Shown here: piece after piece, positions 1 to 7,957 of the stretch
Layout of the letters: each line of letters starts with the position of its first letter
How positions within the stretch are numbered: position 1 is the first letter of the stretch
The notes under the pieces: model-generated
The model's database searches: none
What the model was told of the DNA's origin: nothing
What the model saw: only the letters and a program-made list of their open reading frames with translations
IMG/VR virus record: IMGVR_UViG_3300025626_000029
Location: 1-59,110 of that record
DNA from: a virus
Taxonomy: Duplodnaviria; Caudoviricetes
Reading direction: 5' to 3' (one strand)
DNA length: 59,110 nucleotides
Translations under genes and position numbers: made by a program

Positions 1-563
1 CTAAACCCTATACTTTTTGCTCTTTTGCTTTCCAGCTGGTCGTGAGTAGAAGCCATAAAATAGTTTTTATAACCTTCAGCCCATTCTTTCTCCCATTGGT
101 GAGTGTATCCAGTCCAGGTCTTCGCATTCCACACCATAGCATCAATAACAGATAAAGGCATTAATGACGGCTCACCATACGTCCCAAACCTTACGTAACT
201 ATTGAACGATAGCTCGATTATTTGCTGTTGTTTGTCCCTTGTAAGTGGTGTGAGCTCCTCGTGTTTAATACTCCTTAGCATAGATAAGAAGCCAACGTAC
301 TGGTTAAACTTATGTGTGTAGCATCCCCCTTCTCCCATATTACCACTATATGGACAATCTAAACAATTCGCTCCATCCAGCGCAAAGAATTTCTTCATTC
401 CGAAGCCTTTACTGGTTGAGGCTAACGTCCATTGTGCCGTACTAAAGGTGTACGTTTGAACCAATGGCGCACCATTAGAAATCTTCTTGTTTGTTGTTTT
501 CCCTTTACGTATTACTACCAGTATATCCTTGTCTGGTATTGTAAAGACTACTCTATTTTTCAT
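1..563 (-). CDS. Gp88/DUF7227-like Cys-motif (radical-SAM-related) phage protein, truncated by window edge
   Basis: Hand-translated, absent from ORF track: MKNRVVFTIPDKD...NCLDCPY...GCYTHK...VRFGTYGEP...WTGYTHQW, open to position 1. Preceded by the leader repeat. Confidence 0.55.
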   Translation of the reverse strand, partial: MKNRVVFTIPDKDILVVIRKGKTTNKKISNGAPLVQTYTFSTAQWTLASTSKGFGMKKFFALDGANCLDCPYSGNMGEGGCYTHKFNQYVGFLSMLRSIKHEELTPLTRDKQQQIIELSFNSYVRFGTYGEPSLMPLSVIDAMVWNAKTWTGYTHQWEKEWAEGYKNYFMASTHDQLESKRAKSIGF

Positions 564-579
564 AGTAGATAGTTTAATT

Positions 580-614
580 AGTTAACAGATAACCGAAGCG
601 CCCACTGGCGCTCC
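580..614 (-). repeat. Early-gene leader repeat copy 1 (hairpin + GGTTATCTGTTAACT)
   Basis: + strand agttaacagataaccgaagcgcccactggcgctcc, upstream of the ATG at 563. Confidence 0.95.
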
Positions 615-619
615 TTAAT

Positions 620-769
620 TCATAGCTCTACATTTAATAAAATGCAAAGCTCCTCGTAATAAATTCTCCCACTACTGCTTAAGCGGTCGTAATCCCAGCC
701 CATATTATAGACTAAATCTTGTATGCGCTCCATTTTCTCATTCCAAAGCATAGCTTCTTTATTCTTCAT
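620..769 (-). CDS. Small hypothetical early protein (49 aa)
   Basis: Hand-translated MKNKEAMLWNEKMERIQDLVYNMGWDYDRLSSSGRIYYEELCILLNVEL*; exactly fills the gap between two leader repeats. Confidence 0.75.
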   Translation of the reverse strand: MKNKEAMLWNEKMERIQDLVYNMGWDYDRLSSSGRIYYEELCILLNVEL

Positions 770-787
770 TGAATGTTTCTTTATTAA

Positions 788-822
788 TTAACAGATAACC
801 GAAGCGCCATTACTGGCGCTCC
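788..822 (-). repeat. Early-gene leader repeat copy 2
   Basis: ttaacagataaccgaagcgccattactggcgctcc. Confidence 0.95.
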
Positions 823-827
823 TTAAT

Positions 828-1283
828 TTAGGCTAACGATCTTTCGCCATTGTCAGCGAAGCTATAATACCCATCTTCACAAACGATAATATGGTCTAAT
901 ACCGATATATCAAAAAGATCTAAGTTCTTTTTAAGTTTCTTAGTTACTCTTTTGTCGTTCTCACTGGGGTTTTTATTCCCGCTTGGGTGGTTATGAGCGA
1001 CAATAACAGAGTGAGACGTGCCCTCAATCGCCCTTCTCGTTATAGCTGGAATATCTACACTACAAGAAGCACCGCATCCTTGCGTAATTGTTTCTAACCA
1101 TAGTACAGAATTCGCCTTATTCATATACATTACAATAAATAGCTCTTGTTCAAATATCTTTTTCCCAATGTGCGCCTTTAATAAATTGTAGGCATCACGT
1201 GAGCTCCTTATTTTCTGTTCTATAGGGTTCTTTTTAGCCTTCCATTTTACCTCAGCTTTCCCAATAAATACTGTTGTTTTCAT
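828..1283 (-). CDS. radC: RadC-like JAB domain protein
   Basis: JAB motif E...AHNHPSGNKNPSEND...LDHII; stand-alone domain without HhH region. Confidence 0.92.
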   Translation of the reverse strand: MKTTVFIGKAEVKWKAKKNPIEQKIRSSRDAYNLLKAHIGKKIFEQELFIVMYMNKANSVLWLETITQGCGASCSVDIPAITRRAIEGTSHSVIVAHNHPSGNKNPSENDKRVTKKLKKNLDLFDISVLDHIIVCEDGYYSFADNGERSLA

Positions 1284-1302
1284 CTTGTTTAAAGTTTAAA
1301 TT

Positions 1303-1336
1303 AGTTAACAGATAACCAAAGCGCCCAATGGCGCTC
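1303..1336 (-). repeat. Early-gene leader repeat copy 3
   Basis: agttaacagataaccaaagcgcccaatggcgctc. Confidence 0.95.
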
Positions 1337-1340
1337 TTTA

Positions 1341-1637
1341 CTATTCTAAATGTTCTCCAGCGTTGAAATAATCGTAGTAACGGTCGGCTCTGTATGGATA
1401 TTTTCCGTTTTCTATACATTCATCACACCAGCTCCCCGTTGCGTACCCGTACGCATCGTGACGGTCATATACGTTTTGATCATTACCACATCTACAAATT
1501 AACGACTCCTCCATATAAAATCCTCCTTCGCTGAATACGTCAGCGCATCCGAATTCCAAAAAGTCTTCCGCTTCCATCTTGTTATCAAAGGACGTGTATA
1601 AGTCCCCGTTTGCCTTGTATATCTTGTATACCTTCAT
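1341..1637 (-). CDS. Hypothetical early protein with possible Zn-binding Cys pairs
   Basis: ORF bounded by leader repeats; CRC...CDEC. Confidence 0.75.
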   Translation of the reverse strand: MKVYKIYKANGDLYTSFDNKMEAEDFLEFGCADVFSEGGFYMEESLICRCGNDQNVYDRHDAYGYATGSWCDECIENGKYPYRADRYYDYFNAGEHLE

Positions 1638-1650
1638 CTTAATTAGTTTT

Positions 1651-1689
1651 AGTTAACAGATAACCAAAAAGAGCGCCCACTGGCGCTCC
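1651..1689 (-). repeat. Early-gene leader repeat copy 4 (hairpin followed by U5 on the minus strand, terminator-like)
   Basis: agttaacagataaccaaaaagagcgcccactggcgctcc. Confidence 0.95.
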
Positions 1690-1693
1690 TTTG

Positions 1694-1930
1694 TTAGTGT
1701 TCAGCGTAAACGGACGGTATTTGTATTCCGCTTTCGCTCCAAAGCTCACTCTCCCAATTCACAGAGTAAAAAAGCTCCTCGTCTTGCAATTCCTCCCAAA
1801 TGTCCAGCACCTCATCCACAGAGTAGATTTCCCCTGACGAATTGAACACGAAAGAACCAACGTTGTAAGGGTTGGAACGATCCAACAGTTGCAGTTGTTG
1901 AACACTCCACAATTTCGTAGCATTTCCCAT
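1694..1930 (-). CDS. Small acidic hypothetical early protein
   Basis: ORF bounded by leader repeats. Confidence 0.75.
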   Translation of the reverse strand: MGNATKLWSVQQLQLLDRSNPYNVGSFVFNSSGEIYSVDEVLDIWEELQDEELFYSVNWESELWSESGIQIPSVYAEH

Positions 1931-1944
1931 TTTAATAGGTTTAA

Positions 1945-1980
1945 AGTTAACAGCTAACCAGGAGCGCCCACTGGCGCTCC
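1945..1980 (-). repeat. Early-gene leader repeat copy 5
   Basis: agttaacagctaaccaggagcgcccactggcgctcc. Confidence 0.95.
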
Positions 1981-1985
1981 CTTAA

Positions 1986-2237
1986 TTAATCAATAATGTA
2001 AACAAGTTGAGTAAGTAGTTCAACTTTAACGTTATCATTCACGAGCCCTTCGCAGTATTCATCTATGTGGTCAATGTAGCTCTTAGGATCAAAACAGTAC
2101 TTTTTATACTGCTCTGTAGCTTGTGAGTATACACCGTTAAACGCTGAGTCCATAATTTCAAGAAATTGCGAATAGGTACGATAGTTACCCGTTGCAAAGT
2201 CCAGCTCTGCATTGTCGTAGTTGCTTAATGTTTCCAT
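1986..2237 (-). CDS. Small acidic hypothetical early protein (first gene of leftward operon)
   Basis: ORF bounded by leader repeats. Confidence 0.75.
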   Translation of the reverse strand: METLSNYDNAELDFATGNYRTYSQFLEIMDSAFNGVYSQATEQYKKYCFDPKSYIDHIDEYCEGLVNDNVKVELLTQLVYIID

Positions 2238-2253
2238 TTTAATAAGTTTAATT

Positions 2254-2288
2254 AGTTAACAGATAACCAGCGCCCCATATAGGAGCGC
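2254..2288 (-). repeat. Early-gene leader repeat copy 6 (degenerate hairpin)
   Basis: agttaacagataaccagcgccccatataggagcgc. Confidence 0.9.
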
Positions 2289-2403
2289 CAGTGTTGAACG
2301 TGTGCCCGTTCATAGGTTTCGGCTTTCTTAAGCCCTGGCGCCATTACTGGCGCACTGACCCCGCACTACTGGGGTTCTTCAGATCTGTTTAAACTTTCCC
2401 GAA

Positions 2404-2434
2404 TGTCAAAGAACCTTTGAACGTTGAACCGTTC
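2404..2434 (-). promoter_or_regulatory. boxB-like hairpin + boxA-like antitermination element
   Basis: Minus strand: GAACG-gttcaa-CGTTC hairpin (2419-2434) then GTTCTTTGACA (2404-2414), just downstream of a promoter, as in rrn leaders. Confidence 0.6.
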
Positions 2435-2444
2435 GCTATTAAAT

Positions 2445-2475
2445 GCAAGATATAAACATTTGTGAGTAAACCAAA
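2445..2475 (-). promoter_or_regulatory. Bacteroidota-type sigma70 promoter driving the leftward operon
   Basis: Minus strand TTTG (2472-2475), 19 nt spacer, TATCTTGC (2445-2452); variant of -33 TTTG / -7 TAnnTTTG. Confidence 0.6.
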
Positions 2476-3151
2476 CACAAAGCACAAAAACATTTAAACG
2501 TTTTAAGCGATCAATTACTAAGCTCGTGAGCTGGTCAGCTCGTCAGCTCATACACCGGGCAAAGGTGTGCCCCGGTATGCAAGTACGTGCCCGTTCTGGA
2601 CGTTGTACGTTTGTTTTGGTTGTCTGGGGCTGGTTGGGTTGGTATTGATCACTAAACAGGTAAAACAGGAGCGCCACAGGCAGGTCAACAGTTGCAAAAA
2701 GCTGAAAAAGTGCACAAAGACGGTCAGCTGGTCGGGGTGGGGTGGTCTGGATATCGGTTCAGGTGCGCAGTTTTTATAGGATAAACATATATATAATCCC
2801 CCCGATAGATATTTCTGGGGTCTTTTTTCGGGTTATAGTTTGCTGTAAATTGGAGAAAGGCTGTGTTTTGGCTCAGAGTAAGGATTTGCGGGGGTGTATA
2901 GAATAGATCTGTTAGGTGGTGGACACTGACTATGCAATACTAATAACAGCTGTTGTAAGGGGATCTCTGGGACTGAACGCATGGTTCCGGCACAGGTATA
3001 GTTTGGGCGTATTGTAGTGTTTAACGTGAATTTTAGAGTGTGCCTTGATTTGGGATTTGGCACTCTGAACTAGGATTAGTTTATTTCTGAACTATAAACT
3101 GATTCACTTAAGAACATGAGTTCAATCATTCGTTTGATCTCAATCACAATG

Positions 3152-3182
3152 CTAAGTTAGTAAAAATATATGACATTATCAA
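3152..3182 (-). promoter_or_regulatory. Candidate leftward promoter into the non-coding region
   Basis: Minus strand TTG, 20 nt spacer, TAACTTAG (one mismatch to TAnnTTTG). Confidence 0.4.
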
Positions 3183-3220
3183 GTCCCATATGAGACAAAC
3201 AGCTGTAGTATTTTATTGAT

Positions 3221-3228
3221 TATCTTTG
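3221..3228 (+). promoter_or_regulatory. Bacteroidota -7 promoter element at start of rightward module
   Basis: TATCTTTG, 5 nt before the ATG at 3234. Confidence 0.7.
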
Positions 3229-3233
3229 TATCT

Positions 3234-3398
3234 ATGACAGGCATTATTATATTACTAAGCATTGTGCTGTTGGTGAGTATGTTACACCGAATAGCAGGTA
3301 TAGATACAACAGCAGAGCACCCTTTCGCTTGTGGTAGTGATGAGGTATGTTACTGTTCTAAATCAGAAAACTGTAAGAAGCGTGAAGAGCAAGTATAA
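3234..3398 (+). CDS. Small membrane protein with Cys-rich tail
   Basis: MTGIIILLSIVLLVSML hydrophobic helix + CGSDEVCYCSKSENC; start moved to the ATG downstream of the promoter. Confidence 0.55.
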   Translation: MTGIIILLSIVLLVSMLHRIAGIDTTAEHPFACGSDEVCYCSKSENCKKREEQV

Positions 3399-3768
3399 GA
3401 AGTACGATAATGGCGGTAAGCCTAAGAAAAAGAAGAGAAGCAAGAAAACAGAGTTTGCCAGACAAATGGAAGAACTTGCTTTAGCGGCTAAGATTATGAT
3501 GCTTGAAGGTATTATGGATCCAGAGGATATGCCAGCAGAGATTACCAGCTATATTGATAGTGGTATGATGGGCGGAGCTATTGACCAAGAGGATTCAGAC
3601 CCTATGTATACTATGCGTCCCTATATGATGGACCCAGAGAACCTAGTTATGGCTAGAAACTCTAGACCAGGCAGAGAAGAATACAGCAAACGTATTCCTA
3701 TGCAAGAGGTTAGAGATGCTAGATTCCCAGAGCTCATGTTACCTAAGAAAAAAATAAGCCTGTTTTAA
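3382..3768 (+). CDS. Hypothetical protein, MKSKY..YxxGG leader family member 1
   Basis: GTG start at 3382 gives MKSKYKKYDNGGKPKKK, matching the starts of the next four genes. Confidence 0.75.
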   Translation: MKSKYKKYDNGGKPKKKKRSKKTEFARQMEELALAAKIMMLEGIMDPEDMPAEITSYIDSGMMGGAIDQEDSDPMYTMRPYMMDPENLVMARNSRPGREEYSKRIPMQEVRDARFPELMLPKKKISLF

Positions 3769-4988
3769 TGAAGAGTAAGTATAAATACGATGAAGGCGGT
3801 AAGCCTGGTAAGCCCGGTAAGAAAGGTCCTAGATTTAGCCGTATGATAGGCGGTCCTGTTCGCTATAAAGGTGGATGGGAAGATAAGCTAGAGGAACTAA
3901 TGCAATCTCAAGCAGATAAGTTAGCTGCACGTTACGGTTGGGCTCCCAACTATAGAGATGCAGAGCTTCCAGAAGATAGAAATAGAGACGATCTACCAGC
4001 ATTCTACGACTTTGTAACAAGAGCAAGAGCAGAAGACCTGTATGATGAGGCGCTACCATTAGATGATTATACTACAACATACAACCTAGGTCCATTATCA
4101 CTACAACGTTGGAAGAATGCAAAGCAATCACCAGATGGCGTAAACTATAGAACACCTTATTGGGCTGCTGAGAAAGTAAAAAAAATAGGAGAAAGCGTAA
4201 CTCTGGGGAAAACACGAGCCAATGCTGGTGTTCACTTAGGGGATGAGCAGAACGATATGCTAGAAGAAGTTAGATTTGGTAACTATAAGTTAGGACACCA
4301 AAAAGAAAAGCTAGATAACACCTTACTAGATAAGTTCAGACAATCTCTTGGTTCTGTGTTCCCACCTGCTAATACTCTTTTAGCTGGAGGTGCATCTACA
4401 GGAGGTAAGAATCTTGACGAAATAGCCCAGCTTGCTTACTCAGCAAAAACTTATAATGATTTATATAAGCAAGAAAAGATTCTGGTTGGAATACAGGATC
4501 AAATACAAGACGCACCCTCTGCCGATCGTCCAGCTCTAGTAGATCAATACAACCAAGCTTCTGAAGGGTACGAAAGAAAAACAGCTGAAGCTACTTGGTT
4601 TGCCCCAACTGCTGGTCTACTTGGTTTAGGTGGTCTTTCTACTACAGATGGATTGGTAATACCAACTGCTGGTCTTATGAGAAACCCACTTCAAAAAGCT
4701 TACAAGCAAGAGAAAAAAGCGTTTAAGAAAACTCTAGAAGACGCAGATGAAAGATACGCTTCTAACAGAGAAGAGTATTTAATGCAAAAGAGTCAACGTG
4801 AGTTAGATAGATACCTAGATGCTTACGAGGAGGAGTATGGTGTAAGACCAGTGTTTAAAGACCCACCAGTAACAAAGACACCTAGAAAAAAAGCTTCGGA
4901 ATATGTTATACCTAACGGCAGAAGAGGTGAAAACAGAAACCCTATATATTTGATGGATGGCGGTAAGGTAAAGCTTAAAAAGAAATGA
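3768..4988 (+). CDS. Hypothetical protein, leader family member 2
   Basis: MKSKYKYDEGGKP...; also C-terminal YLMDGGKVK; TAATG coupling. Confidence 0.8.
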   Translation: MKSKYKYDEGGKPGKPGKKGPRFSRMIGGPVRYKGGWEDKLEELMQSQADKLAARYGWAPNYRDAELPEDRNRDDLPAFYDFVTRARAEDLYDEALPLDDYTTTYNLGPLSLQRWKNAKQSPDGVNYRTPYWAAEKVKKIGESVTLGKTRANAGVHLGDEQNDMLEEVRFGNYKLGHQKEKLDNTLLDKFRQSLGSVFPPANTLLAGGASTGGKNLDEIAQLAYSAKTYNDLYKQEKILVGIQDQIQDAPSADRPALVDQYNQASEGYERKTAEATWFAPTAGLLGLGGLSTTDGLVIPTAGLMRNPLQKAYKQEKKAFKKTLEDADERYASNREEYLMQKSQRELDRYLDAYEEEYGVRPVFKDPPVTKTPRKKASEYVIPNGRRGENRNPIYLMDGGKVKLKKK

Positions 4989-6220
4989 AAAGCAAGTACA
5001 GAAAATATAACGAAGGCGGACCTGTAAAACCTAAGAAGCGTAAATCACCTGTAAGCGAATACTTTGAATCGGCTCCAAAAGGAACAAAAATTGTTGATCT
5101 TAAATACAACGATGATGGAATGGCTATTTTTACATTTAATGATGGTCATGTAGTTTCTCAGAAGCACTCACAGACAATGGGTTATCCATATGACGCAGGT
5201 TATATGGAAAAAGTTTATAACGACAGGTCTCAATACGAAAACGCAGTCAAATCATTTAGGGACAGTTTGTCGTTGGCAAACTTTACAAGTGGTGGTGAAT
5301 TCCCAGAGTATGATTCAGATTGGGACCAGCCCGGAGCAATATCTAAAGAGGGTTCTGAAAAATCTGATTTAGCTAGAAAAATTGTAGAAAGATCAAAAGG
5401 TGATATAAAGGGGTATTACCCCGGAGAACAGCCTGGATACCATCTTTATAGAGAGCCTCCAATACTAAGATGGAGTAACGACCCTAATAAAAAATTAGAC
5501 GGAAACTATAGGGGTAATAATACCGAGTACTATGGATATACTGAATCTCCAGAACCATACAAAAGAACAAACTTTGATTCTGGTCAGACGTTAATGTATA
5601 ACGAAAATACTGGAGACTTCGGAATTCCTATGGATGTATACGAAACAAGAAAAGTCCCTATGGGTCAAGGTAATTTCACAAGTGTCAAATATAAAAACGA
5701 CAGAGGTGATGAGGAAAGTTTCTTAAAAGAAAAGCAAGGTGGCGACTATTTAAGAACTGGTAAAATTATACAAACCGCAGACGAGTCTGGTACTGACTTT
5801 TTAGATACAGGATACCACAGGGCATATTATCCCGATTTTGCTCCACCAAAGGTAAGACCTGTATACAGAGAGCCTGTAAGTAAATTATCTCTAAAACCTA
5901 AGGGATTTAATATAAAGCCAAACATACCCCAATTAAAACCAGTTAATACGCTACCTGACTTTTACTCTAGAAAAATGAATAGGAATGGAGATATTATATA
6001 CGAAACTAGCTTTGGGGAATTTGTCACAACCAAAGATCCTAATCAATTAGGAAGGATAAAAGGAAATAGTAACAGGTATAGAAACAAATTAAATCTACCT
6101 CCGATGCTTGATCAAGATTTTCAAAACATGTTTAGAAATCGTATTGACCAAGGTGTTAGAGACAATCGTGGGCAGTTTAAACAAAACCAAATGAATATAA
6201 AAGCCTCTTACAGAAAATGA
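4985..6220 (+). CDS. Hypothetical protein, leader family member 3 (paralogue of 6889-7956)
   Basis: MKSKYRKYNEGGPVKPKKRK; C-terminal RKMNRNGDIIYETSFG...PMLDQDFQN. Confidence 0.8.
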   Translation: MKSKYRKYNEGGPVKPKKRKSPVSEYFESAPKGTKIVDLKYNDDGMAIFTFNDGHVVSQKHSQTMGYPYDAGYMEKVYNDRSQYENAVKSFRDSLSLANFTSGGEFPEYDSDWDQPGAISKEGSEKSDLARKIVERSKGDIKGYYPGEQPGYHLYREPPILRWSNDPNKKLDGNYRGNNTEYYGYTESPEPYKRTNFDSGQTLMYNENTGDFGIPMDVYETRKVPMGQGNFTSVKYKNDRGDEESFLKEKQGGDYLRTGKIIQTADESGTDFLDTGYHRAYYPDFAPPKVRPVYREPVSKLSLKPKGFNIKPNIPQLKPVNTLPDFYSRKMNRNGDIIYETSFGEFVTTKDPNQLGRIKGNSNRYRNKLNLPPMLDQDFQNMFRNRIDQGVRDNRGQFKQNQMNIKASYRK

Positions 6221-6876
6221 AAGTAAAGTACAACAACGGAGGACCAGTAAAGCCTAGCAAGTACGACAAGTACGGATTTCCGGTATCTGATACTACAGGC
6301 ACAGCTTCTTATGAGAAGATGGCTAAGTATCTTCTTGAGACTAGAGGAGGTAGCAGAGAGCGTATGGAAGACTTAATGTATGACATTGCAGCTGTTGAAT
6401 CGGGTAGAACATTTGACCCAGCTATAAAGCAAATAGGTGGCGGTCCAGGTCGTGGTATATTTCAATACGAGGGACCATTTACAGAAGATAGTAGCAATCG
6501 TGCTAAAGACGCTGTTAGTAGAGCTATGCAATATTACAGCTCTGATAAGACTGGTTCTATGCCAGAATGGCTACAGAATTTTATTGATGAGTCCGGAGGT
6601 TCTTATGACTTCTCTAAACTAACAATACCTCAGCAGAAGTCTCTATTTCTAGCTGACTACAGCCAATCTAAAAGCATACCTTTCAAAGCTTTTATGCAAG
6701 GCGAGGGTACAACAGAAGATATGTGGGCTGACCACCATAAAGTATCTGGTGCAGATAGACCACACTTCAGAGAGCTTGAGGAGTTAGCAGACAAACAAAA
6801 ACAAGCACGCACGCTAACAGACGATCAGATACGTTCAATGATGTTAGGTAGAAGCGTAATTCAAACCCTAAAGTAG
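6217..6876 (+). CDS. Lysozyme/transglycosylase-like protein, leader family member 4
   Basis: MKVKYNNGGPVKP leader; IAAVESG...QIGGGPGRGIFQYE resembles the catalytic Glu and G-x-FQ motif of the lysozyme superfamily. Confidence 0.6.
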   Translation: MKVKYNNGGPVKPSKYDKYGFPVSDTTGTASYEKMAKYLLETRGGSRERMEDLMYDIAAVESGRTFDPAIKQIGGGPGRGIFQYEGPFTEDSSNRAKDAVSRAMQYYSSDKTGSMPEWLQNFIDESGGSYDFSKLTIPQQKSLFLADYSQSKSIPFKAFMQGEGTTEDMWADHHKVSGADRPHFRELEELADKQKQARTLTDDQIRSMMLGRSVIQTLK

Positions 6877-6888
6877 CCCAATGCCACG

Positions 6889-7956
6889 ATGAAAAGCAAG
6901 CACAGAAAATATAATAACGGTGGACCTGTAAAGCCTAAGAAGCGTAAAAAAGAATTTACTGACCGCTCGGAATTTCTGAATCGATTATCCGCTTATAATG
7001 ACAGCTTGTATGCCGCAAACACTTCAGAAGCAGCATTGGCATATTTTGATGAAGTACTTGGAGACTACACAAAATACCAACAAACGCTTAGTGATCTTGA
7101 TTCAAGTGACAGGGTATCATACGCTGATATATTAGATAAAAACTCCAATATAGTAGGAGAACCTTATGATCTAAACGTAACTGCTACAAAAGATAATTTT
7201 GTTGCCCCTAGCGCATTAGATAGACTATTGGGAGATAACGAATTAAAGGTGAGTACTACCAATAGACAGTTAAACTATAAAAACTATCAACTCAAGAACC
7301 CCCAAAAACCTGTAGAACGATACACATACCAACCTCCTTCTGTTATTCTTTCAGATACAAAATACAGCCTTGGCTCTAACGGTGATAAAATAGAGAGGAG
7401 AACTTATAAGGATGGAGACAATAAAGGGGATTATATAAATCCAAAAACAAATCCTTTCTGGAGGTATAATCACCGGTACGAACTAGAGGATAACATATAC
7501 GATTTCAACAGAAATTTTGTTATAGATAAGTTCCAACAGCCAAATGTTGAACCCGTATACACGGGTAAGTCGACAGTAAACCCTATAGCGGGAAACCAGT
7601 TAAAAGCCATCAAGTCTCACAAAAAAAGATTAGTTAATCCGATGCCAAAAATTGCTATGGTAGAGCTACCCCCAAAGCTACCATTTGGTAACATGGAACT
7701 AAATAAAGTTCCTACACTGCGTAACGTACTTCCAGAAATCTATGGTAGAAGAATGAACAGAAAAGGAGATATTATATACAACACAAGTTTTGGAGACTAC
7801 GTAACAACTAAGGATTCAAATAGATTAAACATTCTTAGATCTGGAGCTTTAGGCAGTAGGTATAAAAATAAAGATAACGTTGCTCCAATGCTCGATCAAG
7901 ATTTTCAAAACTTTTTCAGATCACAAATAGAAAATTTACGTAACAACAGAAGATAA
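6889..7956 (+). CDS. Hypothetical protein, leader family member 5 (paralogue of 4985-6220)
   Basis: MKSKHRKYNNGGPVKPKKRK; C-terminal RRMNRKGDIIYNTSFG...PMLDQDFQN. Confidence 0.8.
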   Translation: MKSKHRKYNNGGPVKPKKRKKEFTDRSEFLNRLSAYNDSLYAANTSEAALAYFDEVLGDYTKYQQTLSDLDSSDRVSYADILDKNSNIVGEPYDLNVTATKDNFVAPSALDRLLGDNELKVSTTNRQLNYKNYQLKNPQKPVERYTYQPPSVILSDTKYSLGSNGDKIERRTYKDGDNKGDYINPKTNPFWRYNHRYELEDNIYDFNRNFVIDKFQQPNVEPVYTGKSTVNPIAGNQLKAIKSHKKRLVNPMPKIAMVELPPKLPFGNMELNKVPTLRNVLPEIYGRRMNRKGDIIYNTSFGDYVTTKDSNRLNILRSGALGSRYKNKDNVAPMLDQDFQNFFRSQIENLRNNRR

Positions 7957-7957
7957 C

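Noticed and set aside
576-2290. Repeat array as CRISPR or integron attC cassettes
   Set aside because: Intervening segments are whole genes of 150-560 bp, not 30-40-bp spacers. The repeats lack the RYYYAAC...GTTRRRY attC arrangement, and no cas or integrase gene is in the window.
2567-3063. ORFs 2567-2779 (+) and 2833-3063 (-)
   Set aside because: GTG starts, atypical composition, located in a hairpin- and repeat-rich control region; probably non-coding.
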